A stretch of 64,000 bases of DNA from Pseudomonadota bacterium. GTDB taxonomy: Bacteria > Pseudomonadota > Alphaproteobacteria > Sphingomonadales > SMXR01. Where the stretch lies: assembly GCA_022574255.1 (NCBI GenBank), contig JACZSK010000006.1, positions 811 through 64,810 of the forward strand. The letters are read 5' to 3'. The position numbers and the translations under genes are program-made. Numbering within the stretch: the first letter of the stretch is position 1; each line of letters starts with the position of its first letter. Positions 56,114-64,000 of this stretch are shown here, piece after piece. The notes under the pieces were generated by a model. It did not search any database. It worked only from the letters and a program-made list of their open reading frames with translations, and was not told the origin of the DNA.

Positions 56114-57319
56114 CTAGCCGCCTTCTGCTGAGGATGCTGATGGTGCTGGCGGTCGCTGGCCCGGCGAAGCGGAAGAGAACCCGATCAGCGCATCCAGCGC
56201 GCCCCGGGCGGAAAGGCTTTTTGTCGCGTCGGCTTGCCAGGGCGCAAGGCTCTCGCGGATGCGCGCCTCGAGATCTTGCACCTCGCCCAGGGCTGCCGCA
56301 ATGTCCCCTTCGGCGAGGCTGAATTCCGCGCGCGCCAGTGCCGCTTCGGCGCCAGATCCCTCAACCTGACCCACACGGCGCACCACCACCACGCCTTTCA
56401 ATCCGGCCCAGACCCTGTCCCACCAGCCTGCGTCTTCCGGCAGGGCAGCAACGGCGAGGGCCGCGGGCAGGGCATCGGCAAAAGCACGCTGCAGCATGGT
56501 GGCGTTTTTCACGCCGCTCTCCGCTTCTGCCTCGAGAACAGCCACATGGGTCTCGCCTGCGGCGCGGGCGGCATCGGGCAGCGCCGCAAAGAAGGCGCGG
56601 AATTCCAGCATCTCCCCGGCATAGGCCGCGCCGGCATCAAGCCGCTGCGACAGGTGGGCCAGCGCCAGCAGCATTTTGTCGGCACCAGCGCCGGTAAACC
56701 CGGCGCCGCCAAGGGATTCCACCCGCGCCAGGCGCGCCTCCAGATCGGCGATGCGTTCACCGGCGCCGCTGTCTTCCCGGGCGTGCGAATCCGAATCAGG
56801 GTCCGGCAGCGGCCGGGCCTCGAGACTGGCCAGCCGTGCCTCCAGCACCTCCAGACGCGCGATGATTTCTGCGTAATCCGCCGCCGGCATTTCGGCGGCC
56901 CGATTGGCTTGCGGCTGCTCAACGGGCGGCGCCGCGACGGGCGCTTCATTGTCGCTCACCGGTTCGCTCACAGCTGGCTCATCCGGCGCGGGCGGGGTTG
57001 CAACGGGTGCGGGTGCCGCTTCCCGGGCGGGCGCAACGGTGAGACTCTCCCGGGTTTCGGCCGGCGCGGATTCCTGCCGTCCCAGCAGTTGGTCAATACC
57101 TTGCTGGATGGTCGGCGCGGCAACAAGCCCGGCGACAAAAACCGCGACCACGGCGCCCAGATACCAGGCAAGACGGCGCAGGATGCCGGCGCGCTCTCCA
57201 GCTTTTTTTGCTTTCGGGGATTCCCCCGCCGGATTCTCAGAGAGGATTTCACCCTCAATGGGTGGCGCAATGGGCGGCGGTTTCGCTGTCGCCCCGCGCT
57301 TTTTTCTGGCCGGTGCCAC
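56114..57319 (-). CDS. mitofilin (Mic60)-like membrane protein of the alphaproteobacterial hem cluster
   Basis: N-terminal TM helix, central coiled-coil-like A/E/L-rich region and a C-terminal mitofilin-like segment (VVVRRVGQVEG...LARAEFSLAEGDIAAAL). GTG start with GGAGG upstream. Confidence 0.65.
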   Translation of the reverse strand: MAPARKKRGATAKPPPIAPPIEGEILSENPAGESPKAKKAGERAGILRRLAWYLGAVVAVFVAGLVAAPTIQQGIDQLLGRQESAPAETRESLTVAPAREAAPAPVATPPAPDEPAVSEPVSDNEAPVAAPPVEQPQANRAAEMPAADYAEIIARLEVLEARLASLEARPLPDPDSDSHAREDSGAGERIADLEARLARVESLGGAGFTGAGADKMLLALAHLSQRLDAGAAYAGEMLEFRAFFAALPDAARAAGETHVAVLEAEAESGVKNATMLQRAFADALPAALAVAALPEDAGWWDRVWAGLKGVVVVRRVGQVEGSGAEAALARAEFSLAEGDIAAALGEVQDLEARIRESLAPWQADATKSLSARGALDALIGFSSASPGQRPPAPSASSAEGG

Positions 57320-57343
57320 GATACTCTCAGCCTCCGTTCCTGT

Positions 57344-58138
57344 TCACTTCCTGCTCGCTGCCCCATGGGCGGCACTGTCCTCAATGTCTTCAACGTCCTC
57401 AATGGCGTCGATCATTGCCGCTTCGTTCAGCGCTGCCGCCACCGGCGTTTTTTTCCACCCGCCGGGCCGCGCCGCCGCCTTCACCGCATCCGAAAGACAG
57501 AGGGCGGTCATGCCCGAGAGCGCCGCGCCAAGCCCGCTGTCTTCAGCCAAGGATACAAATATCCCGGCGCTTCGGGGAGAGAAAAACAGAACCATGTGAA
57601 TTTTGCGCGCAATGATCTGGTTGGAGATATGGGCAGGGAGGCGCGTGGCCGCAACCGCTTCATAGACCTGAAGCCTCTCCGTCTTGAGCCCCCGCGCCTG
57701 CAGCTCGGCGACAAGATCACCGGCCTGGTGGCGGCCGGAGAGATGCAGCAGATGGCCTGACGCGGGGTCATGCCGCGCCGTGATCAACGCCGTAAATTCC
57801 TCGCGGTCGCCATCCGCCGAAATAATATTTCCGAATCCCGCGCGCCGCGCCGCGTCGGCGCTGGTGCCGCCGATGGTATATACCGTCATGTCCTTCGAAA
57901 GCCCGGCCAAGACCATTTTGCTCAGTGCCGGGGCGGCACTGGCGCTGGTCAGCAGAATGCCGCCCAGGCCCCCAATACTGCCCAGAGCCCCAATACTGCC
58001 CAGAGCCAGAGCGTCGAGCGAAAACGCAACCGGCTCGATGGTCAGCACCGGGGCCAGCGCCACCTCATGGCCAATGGCCGTCAGCTTTTCCTGAAGCGAC
58101 AGGGCGGCGGCCTCGGGACGGGTCAGCAGGATGCGCAT
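57344..58138 (-). CDS. hemD: uroporphyrinogen-III synthase
   Basis: MRILLTRP N-terminus, HemD length and two-lobe pattern, located between hemC and the Mic60-like gene. Confidence 0.8.
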   Translation of the reverse strand: MRILLTRPEAAALSLQEKLTAIGHEVALAPVLTIEPVAFSLDALALGSIGALGSIGGLGGILLTSASAAPALSKMVLAGLSKDMTVYTIGGTSADAARRAGFGNIISADGDREEFTALITARHDPASGHLLHLSGRHQAGDLVAELQARGLKTERLQVYEAVAATRLPAHISNQIIARKIHMVLFFSPRSAGIFVSLAEDSGLGAALSGMTALCLSDAVKAAARPGGWKKTPVAAALNEAAMIDAIEDVEDIEDSAAHGAASRK

Positions 58139-58164
58139 TTATGGCCTTCCGTCAGTTTCTGGCG

Positions 58165-59112
58165 TCAGTTGCTGGCAAGATGCGCCTCCAGCGCGGCAAA
58201 AAAGTCTGCTCCCGCTTCCTGGCGCAATTCTTCGCCCGCCGCGGTGCCCAGCGCCGCCGCATCTTCCCGGTCACCGGAGAGGGTCGTCTCAAAGCATTGC
58301 ACCCCGTCCGGGCTGAGAATACGCGCGGTGAGAACCAGCCTGTCGCCCTCTAGCTGGGCCAGTGCCGCGATCGGGGTGCGGCAATCGCCATCCAGCGCCG
58401 CCAGCAGCGCCCGCTCGGCGGTTACGCAAATACCGGTATCCGCATCATGCAGGGGGGCAATCAGTTCCCTGATGCGCTGGTCACCACTGCAAAGCTCGAT
58501 GCAAACCGCGCCCTGCGCCGGGGCGGGCAGCATGTCGGTCATATCCAGTATGGCCGTCGCAACATGTTCCAGGCCCAGCCTTTTCAGCCCGGCCAGGGCC
58601 AGCAGCGTCGCCTGAACTTCGCCCGACGCCAGCTTCTTCAGCCGGGTGCCCACATTGCCGCGCAAGGATACTATTTTCAAATCGGGACGCATGCGGCTTA
58701 GCTGGGCCTGGCGGCGCAGCGACGCGGTGCCGACAATTGCGCCCCGGGGCAGCTCGCGGATGCTGCCGGCGACCGGGCTGATGAAGGCGTCGCGCGGGTC
58801 TTCGCGTTTAAGGAAACAGCCCAGTTCCAGTCCTTCGGGCAGTTTTGTCGGCATGTCTTTCGAGGAATGAACCGCCAGGTCGATATCCTTGGCAAGCAAC
58901 TGCTCTTCGATTTCCTTGGTGAACAACCCCTTGCCGCCAATCTCAAGCAGCCGCCGATCATGGACCCTGTCGCCGGTGGTCTGGATGGTAACGATGGCAA
59001 TATCGTCAGCGCTGAACGCCGTATGGCTCCGCAGAAGAAGCCTCTTCACCTCCTCCGCCTGGGCTAAAGCCAGGGGACTGGAGCGGGTGCCGATACGAAC
59101 CCTCTGTTGCAC
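58165..59112 (-). CDS. hemC: hydroxymethylbilane synthase (porphobilinogen deaminase)
   Basis: RIGTRSSPLALAQA, GGKGLFTKEIE and GTASLRR motifs. GTG start. Confidence 0.95.
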   Translation of the reverse strand: MQQRVRIGTRSSPLALAQAEEVKRLLLRSHTAFSADDIAIVTIQTTGDRVHDRRLLEIGGKGLFTKEIEEQLLAKDIDLAVHSSKDMPTKLPEGLELGCFLKREDPRDAFISPVAGSIRELPRGAIVGTASLRRQAQLSRMRPDLKIVSLRGNVGTRLKKLASGEVQATLLALAGLKRLGLEHVATAILDMTDMLPAPAQGAVCIELCSGDQRIRELIAPLHDADTGICVTAERALLAALDGDCRTPIAALAQLEGDRLVLTARILSPDGVQCFETTLSGDREDAAALGTAAGEELRQEAGADFFAALEAHLASN

Positions 59113-59221
59113 GATCTCTCCACTGCTGCCATGGGCGCCAAAAATGCTGTAACATGCTGCTTATAGGTGGTTTTGCAGGGCCAGAATACTGCAAATTCCG
59201 GGAACCAACAGAGACCTCACC

Positions 59222-60364
59222 ATGGCGAGTGTGACAATTCTTGGCATCGAGACAAGCTGCGACGAGACCGCGGCGGCGATTGTGCGCGCCGACACGGCGG
59301 GCAACGACGCGAACCCCAGCGCGAGTAACGGCGCGGGCGGGAACGAGCGCATCCTTTCCAGCCTGGTGCTGAGCCAGATTGACGAGCACAAGCTTTATGG
59401 CGGTGTGGTGCCTGAAATAGCGGCGCGGGCCCATATGGACCACCTGGACCGGCTGATAGAAGCGGCGCTTGAAGAGGCTGGTATCGGTATCAACGACGTC
59501 GATGCGGTTGCCGCCACCGCCGGCCCGGGCCTGATTGGCGGCGTTCTGGTCGGCGTGGTCACCGCCAAGGCCTTGTCGCTGGCGGCCGCGAAACCCTTTA
59601 TCGCCGTCAACCACCTGGAGGGCCATGCCCTGTCTGCACGGCTGGTGGAGGATGTGGCTTTTCCTTATTTATTGCTGCTCATTTCGGGCGGCCATTGCCA
59701 ACTGCTGGCGGTCGAGGGCGTCGGCCAATACAAGCGTCTGGGCACAACCATGGACGACGCCGCGGGCGAGGCTTTCGACAAGACAGCAAAGCTCATGGGC
59801 CTCGGCTATCCGGGCGGGCCGGCGGTGGAAAAAGCAGCGGCTCGCGGGCGGGCGGGGCGGTTCGCGTTACCCCGGCCGCTGATCAGGAGCGACAATTGCA
59901 ATTTCAGCTTCTCTGGCCTGAAGACCGCCGTGCGCCGCCAGGTGGAGACGTTGCGCGCCGCGGGAGAGCTGGATGGCAGAGCCGAAGCCGACCTGGCCGC
60001 CGAATTTCAGGCGGCGATTTGCGATTGCCTGGCCGACCGCAGCGCCCGCGCCATGGCTGTTTTTCGCGGGGCTCATGAATTTTCCGGGCCGGAGAAACCG
60101 GCTTTCGTGGTGGCCGGGGGCGTGGCCGCCAACAGCGCCATCAAGAACCGGCTGCAAAGCCTCGCCAGCGAAGAGAGTTTCCGTTTTGTCGCGCCGCCCG
60201 TCTGGCTCTGCACTGATAATGCGGCGATGATTGCCTGGGCGGGCATTGAGCGCTTTCAATTGGGGCTGACCGACCCGCTGGACGCCCCGGCCCGGGCGCG
60301 CTGGCCACTGGACGAAACGTCAGGGCCGGTGGTCGGCTCGGGCCGACGCGGTGCGAAGGTATGA
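59222..60364 (+). CDS. tsaD: tRNA N6-adenosine threonylcarbamoyltransferase
   Basis: [15 protein letters not shown]-terminus and the HLEGH metal motif. Confidence 0.95.
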   Translation: MASVTILGIETSCDETAAAIVRADTAGNDANPSASNGAGGNERILSSLVLSQIDEHKLYGGVVPEIAARAHMDHLDRLIEAALEEAGIGINDVDAVAATAGPGLIGGVLVGVVTAKALSLAAAKPFIAVNHLEGHALSARLVEDVAFPYLLLLISGGHCQLLAVEGVGQYKRLGTTMDDAAGEAFDKTAKLMGLGYPGGPAVEKAAARGRAGRFALPRPLIRSDNCNFSFSGLKTAVRRQVETLRAAGELDGRAEADLAAEFQAAICDCLADRSARAMAVFRGAHEFSGPEKPAFVVAGGVAANSAIKNRLQSLASEESFRFVAPPVWLCTDNAAMIAWAGIERFQLGLTDPLDAPARARWPLDETSGPVVGSGRRGAKV

Positions 60365-60460
60365 GCGCCAGGGTATGCGTGCGAAGGTGTGAGAGGCAGG
60401 GCTTGCGTCAAGGCCGCTGAGAGGGCAGTTTAGATATCAGGGAACCACGGGAGTAGCACT

Positions 60461-61453
60461 TTGGGCAAAGTCGGCGTTATCGGCAGCGGAGCTTGGGGGA
60501 CCGCCATGGCGGCCACCGCCGCGCGGGCGGGCAGCGAAACGCTGATGTGGGCCTATGAGGCGGAAGTGGTTCAGGCCATCAACGAGACCCACGAGAACAG
60601 TATTTTCCTGCCCGGCGTGCCGCTGGACGAAGCCATTCGGGCCACCGGCGACATGGCCGAGCTGGTGGATTGCGACTTTATCCTGATGGTCTGCCCGGCG
60701 CAGTTCATGCGCCCCATATCAAGCCAGCTTGCCGCGCATCTGGGCCCGGATATTCCCTTGGTCATTTGCGCCAAGGGTATTGAAAAGGGCAGCGGTGCGC
60801 TGATGAGCGACGTGCTTGGAGAAACCGCGCCGGACAATCCGCTGGCTATTCTGTCGGGGCCGACTTTCGCCTCGGAAGTGGCGCGTGGCCAGCCCGCCGC
60901 CGTGACCATTGCCGCCGCCACCGAGGATATCGCCCGTCGTATCGCCGAAGCGCTGGGCCATGCCGCCTTCCGCCCCTACTGGACCGACGATATTATCGGC
61001 GCGCAGATCGGCGGGGCGTTGAAGAATGTGCTGGCCATTGCCTGTGGCATTGCCGTGGGCAAAGAGCTGGGCGAAAACACCAAGGCCATGCTGATCACCC
61101 GCGGCATGGCTGAGTTGACCCGCTTTGGCGAATTCAAGGGCGCCCGCGCCGAGACGCTGATGGGGCTGTCCGGTCTCGGCGACCTGATTCTCACCTGCTC
61201 CAGCGAGCAGTCGCGCAACATGTCGCTGGGCGTGGCGCTGGGCCGGGGCAAAACCATGGAAGAAGTCATGTCGACCCGGCGCAGCGTTGCCGAAGGCGTG
61301 CATTCCTCGGTGATCGGTTACGAGATAGCGGAAAAGAACAATATCAATATGCCGATCCTGTCGGCGGTCCATGCGGTGCTGCACCAGGGGCTGGGGGTCG
61401 ACGACGCCATAGAGGGGCTTCTGAACCGTCCCTTCACCAGGGAGATGCATTAG
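60461..61453 (+). CDS. gpsA: NAD(P)H-dependent glycerol-3-phosphate dehydrogenase
   Basis: GSGAWGTA dinucleotide motif and the GALKNV region. TTG start. The TAG stop lies inside the left inverted repeat of MITE-like copy B. Confidence 0.95.
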   Translation: MGKVGVIGSGAWGTAMAATAARAGSETLMWAYEAEVVQAINETHENSIFLPGVPLDEAIRATGDMAELVDCDFILMVCPAQFMRPISSQLAAHLGPDIPLVICAKGIEKGSGALMSDVLGETAPDNPLAILSGPTFASEVARGQPAAVTIAAATEDIARRIAEALGHAAFRPYWTDDIIGAQIGGALKNVLAIACGIAVGKELGENTKAMLITRGMAELTRFGEFKGARAETLMGLSGLGDLILTCSSEQSRNMSLGVALGRGKTMEEVMSTRRSVAEGVHSSVIGYEIAEKNNINMPILSAVHAVLHQGLGVDDAIEGLLNRPFTREMH

Positions 61454-61718
61454 TGTCCAGACTCATTAATCCGGTTCAATTCTGTTTGACAAGGATGATC
61501 GACGGCTAGGAGACAGACCGCAGACAGGGTCACGCCCTTTCAAGGACTGTGTCCGCAGCAGTAAATCTTCCTTGCCAAACCCCTCGGGGCGGCGCACCTT
61601 TGCGGCTGGGAATGCGTCGAGACGCCTTGAAAACCCACCAGGTTTCATGCGGCGCCCCTCCTGTTCCAGCCAAAAAGGAGCACCGCAGAATGGATCGCAT
61701 TAATGAGTCTGGACACTA
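61451..61718. mobile_element. MITE-like palindromic intergenic element, copy B (268 bp, non-coding)
   Basis: Perfect 20-bp terminal inverted repeats TAGTGTCCAGACTCATTAAT (61451-61470) and ATTAATGAGTCTGGACACTA (61699-61718). TA dinucleotide at both outer ends. Fills the gpsA-yciI gap almost exactly. Confidence 0.5.
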
Positions 61719-61719
61719 A

Positions 61720-62031
61720 ATGCTTTATGTCATTCGATATGTGTTTGCCGACGGCATTGACGACGCCCGCGCGGCGGCACGCACCGGCCATCTGGAATAT
61801 CTGCAGGCTGCTGGCACCCGGTTGAAACTGGCCGGCCCGATTGATGCCGGCCACCAGGATACAGACAGCGAGGCCAGCGAGACGCCGGAGGGCAGCCTGT
61901 TGATCATAGATGCCGACAGCCTGACGGCGGCGCGCCTGTTTGCCCAGAACGATCCCTACTACAAGGCCGAGATTGTCGAGACCCTGAAGATCAAGGCTTT
62001 CAAGGCAGTGATTGGTGATTGGGCGCTCTAG
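61720..62031 (+). CDS. YciI family protein
   Basis: 103 aa with a YciI-like pattern (RxxHLEYL ... GPxxxxxG ... DPY). Confidence 0.8.
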   Translation: MLYVIRYVFADGIDDARAAARTGHLEYLQAAGTRLKLAGPIDAGHQDTDSEASETPEGSLLIIDADSLTAARLFAQNDPYYKAEIVETLKIKAFKAVIGDWAL

Positions 62032-62112
62032 CGCCCGGGGGGTGATTGCGCGCTCTAGCGCCCGGGGGGTGATTGGACGCTCTAGCGCCCGGGGGGTGAT
62101 TGGGCGCTCTAG
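62016..62112. repeat. 27-bp tandem array (~3.6 units) of TGATTGNNCGCTCTAGCGCCCGGGGGG, each unit carrying a short hairpin
   Basis: Units start at 62016, 62043, 62070 and 62097. Unit 1 contains the yciI stop (TAG 62029-62031). The last partial unit supplies the CTA that is the minus-strand stop of the EamA gene. Confidence 0.85.
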
Positions 62113-63047
62113 GAGGCGTCTTTCGGCTGGGCGCTGAGGCGGGCGATCAGAATTCCGCTGAGAATCACGGCGGCGCCGGCAAGCTCGGTAAAGCCCAGAT
62201 ATTCGTCCAGCAATATCCAGGCGGCGATGGCCGCGACGATGGGCTGGATCAGCAGGGTCAGCGCACCAAAGGCAGCGGGCAGGTGGGCAAAGGCATAGGC
62301 GATCAGCGACTGCCCCAGCAATTGCGCGCTGAAGGCCAATACCACGACAATGGCCCAGCCTTCCGCTGTCGCGGGCAGCAGTTGCTCGCCGGAAATCCAT
62401 GCCAGGGGCAACAGCAGAAGAGCGGCGACGCTGGACGACCAGGCCATGATAACCGCTGTGTCGAGCCGCCCGCGCAGGCGTCCCACCACCAGCAGATAAG
62501 CGCCGTAAAATACCGCCGTTATCACCGCCAGTATATCGCCCTTCAGTTTTTCACCGCCGGTCTCGAAGCTGGCGCCGGCCAGCACCGCCGCGCCGATTAT
62601 CGCCAGCGCCAGGCCGAAAAAAAATCGCCGGCCAAGCCGCTCCCTGAACAACAACACCGAGGCCAGCGCCACCACCACCGGATTGAGGTTGGAGAGAAGC
62701 GTGGCGTTGGCAATGGTGGTGAACTGCACCGACCAGTGCCAGAAGGCGATGTCGATGGCGAAGAGCAACCCGGCGAGGGTGAGGATTTTCCGGTCATGCC
62801 ACGACAGCGGAGGTGGCGGCGGGCGTTTCGCCTGTTTGGCCGCATGATTTCGCCACCACACCCAGAACCAGAAGATCGGCAATACCGGCGCCATGCGCCA
62901 GAAACCGGTGGCCGAGGGCCCGGTCTCGCTGATCCGCGCCAGCAGGCCGGAAAAGCCGATGGCCATGGCGCCGGCGACCAGCGCGGCCAGGGCCAGGCGC
63001 TCCATATTGCGCGGGCGCATGTGTGAATTTTCCGGCGAATCATCCAT
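62109..63047 (-). CDS. EamA/DMT superfamily transporter
   Basis: Ten hydrophobic segments in two EamA-like halves. Start ambiguous (63047, 63020 or 63005). Confidence 0.8.
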   Translation of the reverse strand: MDDSPENSHMRPRNMERLALAALVAGAMAIGFSGLLARISETGPSATGFWRMAPVLPIFWFWVWWRNHAAKQAKRPPPPPLSWHDRKILTLAGLLFAIDIAFWHWSVQFTTIANATLLSNLNPVVVALASVLLFRERLGRRFFFGLALAIIGAAVLAGASFETGGEKLKGDILAVITAVFYGAYLLVVGRLRGRLDTAVIMAWSSSVAALLLLPLAWISGEQLLPATAEGWAIVVVLAFSAQLLGQSLIAYAFAHLPAAFGALTLLIQPIVAAIAAWILLDEYLGFTELAGAAVILSGILIARLSAQPKDAS

Positions 63048-63169
63048 GCCAGCGCCTTTAACATTGGCGCAACAGGAAGACCAGCGGCACTGCGGACTTG
63101 CATGGGGAACGCCTCTTTTCCTATGATCCAGCAATACAGTCCGCTAAACGAAAAGAGGCTTCGGCGATA

Positions 63170-64000
63170 ATGAGCGAATCAAAAGTTTTTCCGGTGAGCG
63201 CCACAGCAATAGAGAACACCCTTTGCGATGCCGCCAAATACGACGCCATGTACAAACGCTCGATCGAAGACCCCGAGGGCTTCTGGGCCGAGCATGGCAA
63301 GCGCATAGACTGGATCAAGCCCTTCACCAAAATCCGCGATGTGGATTACACCGGCGATATACGCATTCGCTGGTTCGAGGACGGCACCCTCAATGCCTGC
63401 GCCAATTGCATCGACAGGCATCTGCCGGAAAAAGCCGGCGACATTGCCATCATCTGGGAAAGCGACGACCCCGGGCATGACAAATCCATCACCTACCAGC
63501 AGCTTTACGAGGAAGTCTGCCGTTTCGCCAATGTGCTGAAAAGCCGCGGCGTCAAGAAAGGCGACCGGGTTACAATCTATATGCCGATGATCCCCGAGGC
63601 GGCCTATGCCATGCTGGCCTGCGCGCGCATCGGCGCCGTCCATTCGGTGGTCTTTGGCGGCTTTTCACCGGAGGCCCTGGCCGGGCGTATTCGCGACTGC
63701 GAATCCGACTGCATTATTACAGCAAACGAGGGTTTGCGCGGCGGTAAACCGGTGCCGCTGAAAGCCAATGTGGATGCGGCTTTGGAGAGTGTGACAGGTG
63801 TTCACACAGTTGTTGTTGTGCAACACACAAAAGCCGAGACAAACTGGGTTGAGAGCCGCGACATCTGGTACCACGAGGCGGCGGCATCGGTGGCGGCGGA
63901 TTGCCCGCCCGAGGAAATGAGCGCCGAGGACCCTTTGTTCATTCTCTACACCTCGGGGTCAACCGGCAAACCCAAGGGGGTGCTGCACACCACCGGCGGC
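63170..64000 (+). CDS. acs: acetyl-CoA synthetase, 5' partial (continues beyond the window)
   Basis: My own translation from ATG 63170 gives [52 protein letters not shown]... and ends in the AMP-binding motif [11 protein letters not shown]. Absent from the ORF track because no stop lies within the window. Confidence 0.9.
   Translation, partial: MSESKVFPVSATAIENTLCDAAKYDAMYKRSIEDPEGFWAEHGKRIDWIKPFTKIRDVDYTGDIRIRWFEDGTLNACANCIDRHLPEKAGDIAIIWESDDPGHDKSITYQQLYEEVCRFANVLKSRGVKKGDRVTIYMPMIPEAAYAMLACARIGAVHSVVFGGFSPEALAGRIRDCESDCIITANEGLRGGKPVPLKANVDAALESVTGVHTVVVVQHTKAETNWVESRDIWYHEAAASVAADCPPEEMSAEDPLFILYTSGSTGKPKGVLHTTGG

Noticed and set aside
56234-57760. 508-aa ORF on the + strand
   Set aside because: It is antisense to the Mic60-like gene and hemD. 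It is Arg/Gly/Pro-rich and low-complexity, with no motif support.

Overview
This 64-kb window looks like GC-rich alphaproteobacterial chromosome. Lineage markers are GcrA, a hemC-hemD-Mic60-like-hemY cluster, class I LysRS and a GTA-type 3TM holin. Most of it is densely packed housekeeping DNA: sulfur assimilation (cysE, cysK, fused sat/cysC), a complete Rrf2-sufBCDS-sufT operon, korAB, pyrD, argD/argE, hslO, tsaD, gpsA, two tRNAs and a 5' partial acs. No integrase, transposase, CRISPR array or recognisable defence gene is present, and I cannot demonstrate a clearly new multi-gene system. The parts most worth a second look are: (1) a LuxO-like sigma-54 activator lying tail-to-tail with an Hpt gene, whose divergent intergenic region holds a -24/-12-like element aimed at a PilZ gene; (2) a lipid-modification cluster (cfa, desaturase, methyltransferase, hydroxylase, DUF2238, PlsC-like acyltransferase) in which an AT-richer methyltransferase segment is bracketed by a 57-nt imperfect direct repeat, leaving a relic hydroxylase 3' end; (3) a six-gene envelope-glycosylation cluster (GT2, GT-C, WecB-like epimerase, GT4, methyltransferase, MprF-type flippase-like protein); (4) a family of palindromic, MITE-like intergenic elements that abut TAG stop codons (two ~260-290 bp copies plus a 14-bp minimal palindrome); (5) many short tandem arrays with periods of 12 to 27 bp at gene boundaries. 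The many long ORFs antisense to confident genes are treated as GC-composition artefacts.
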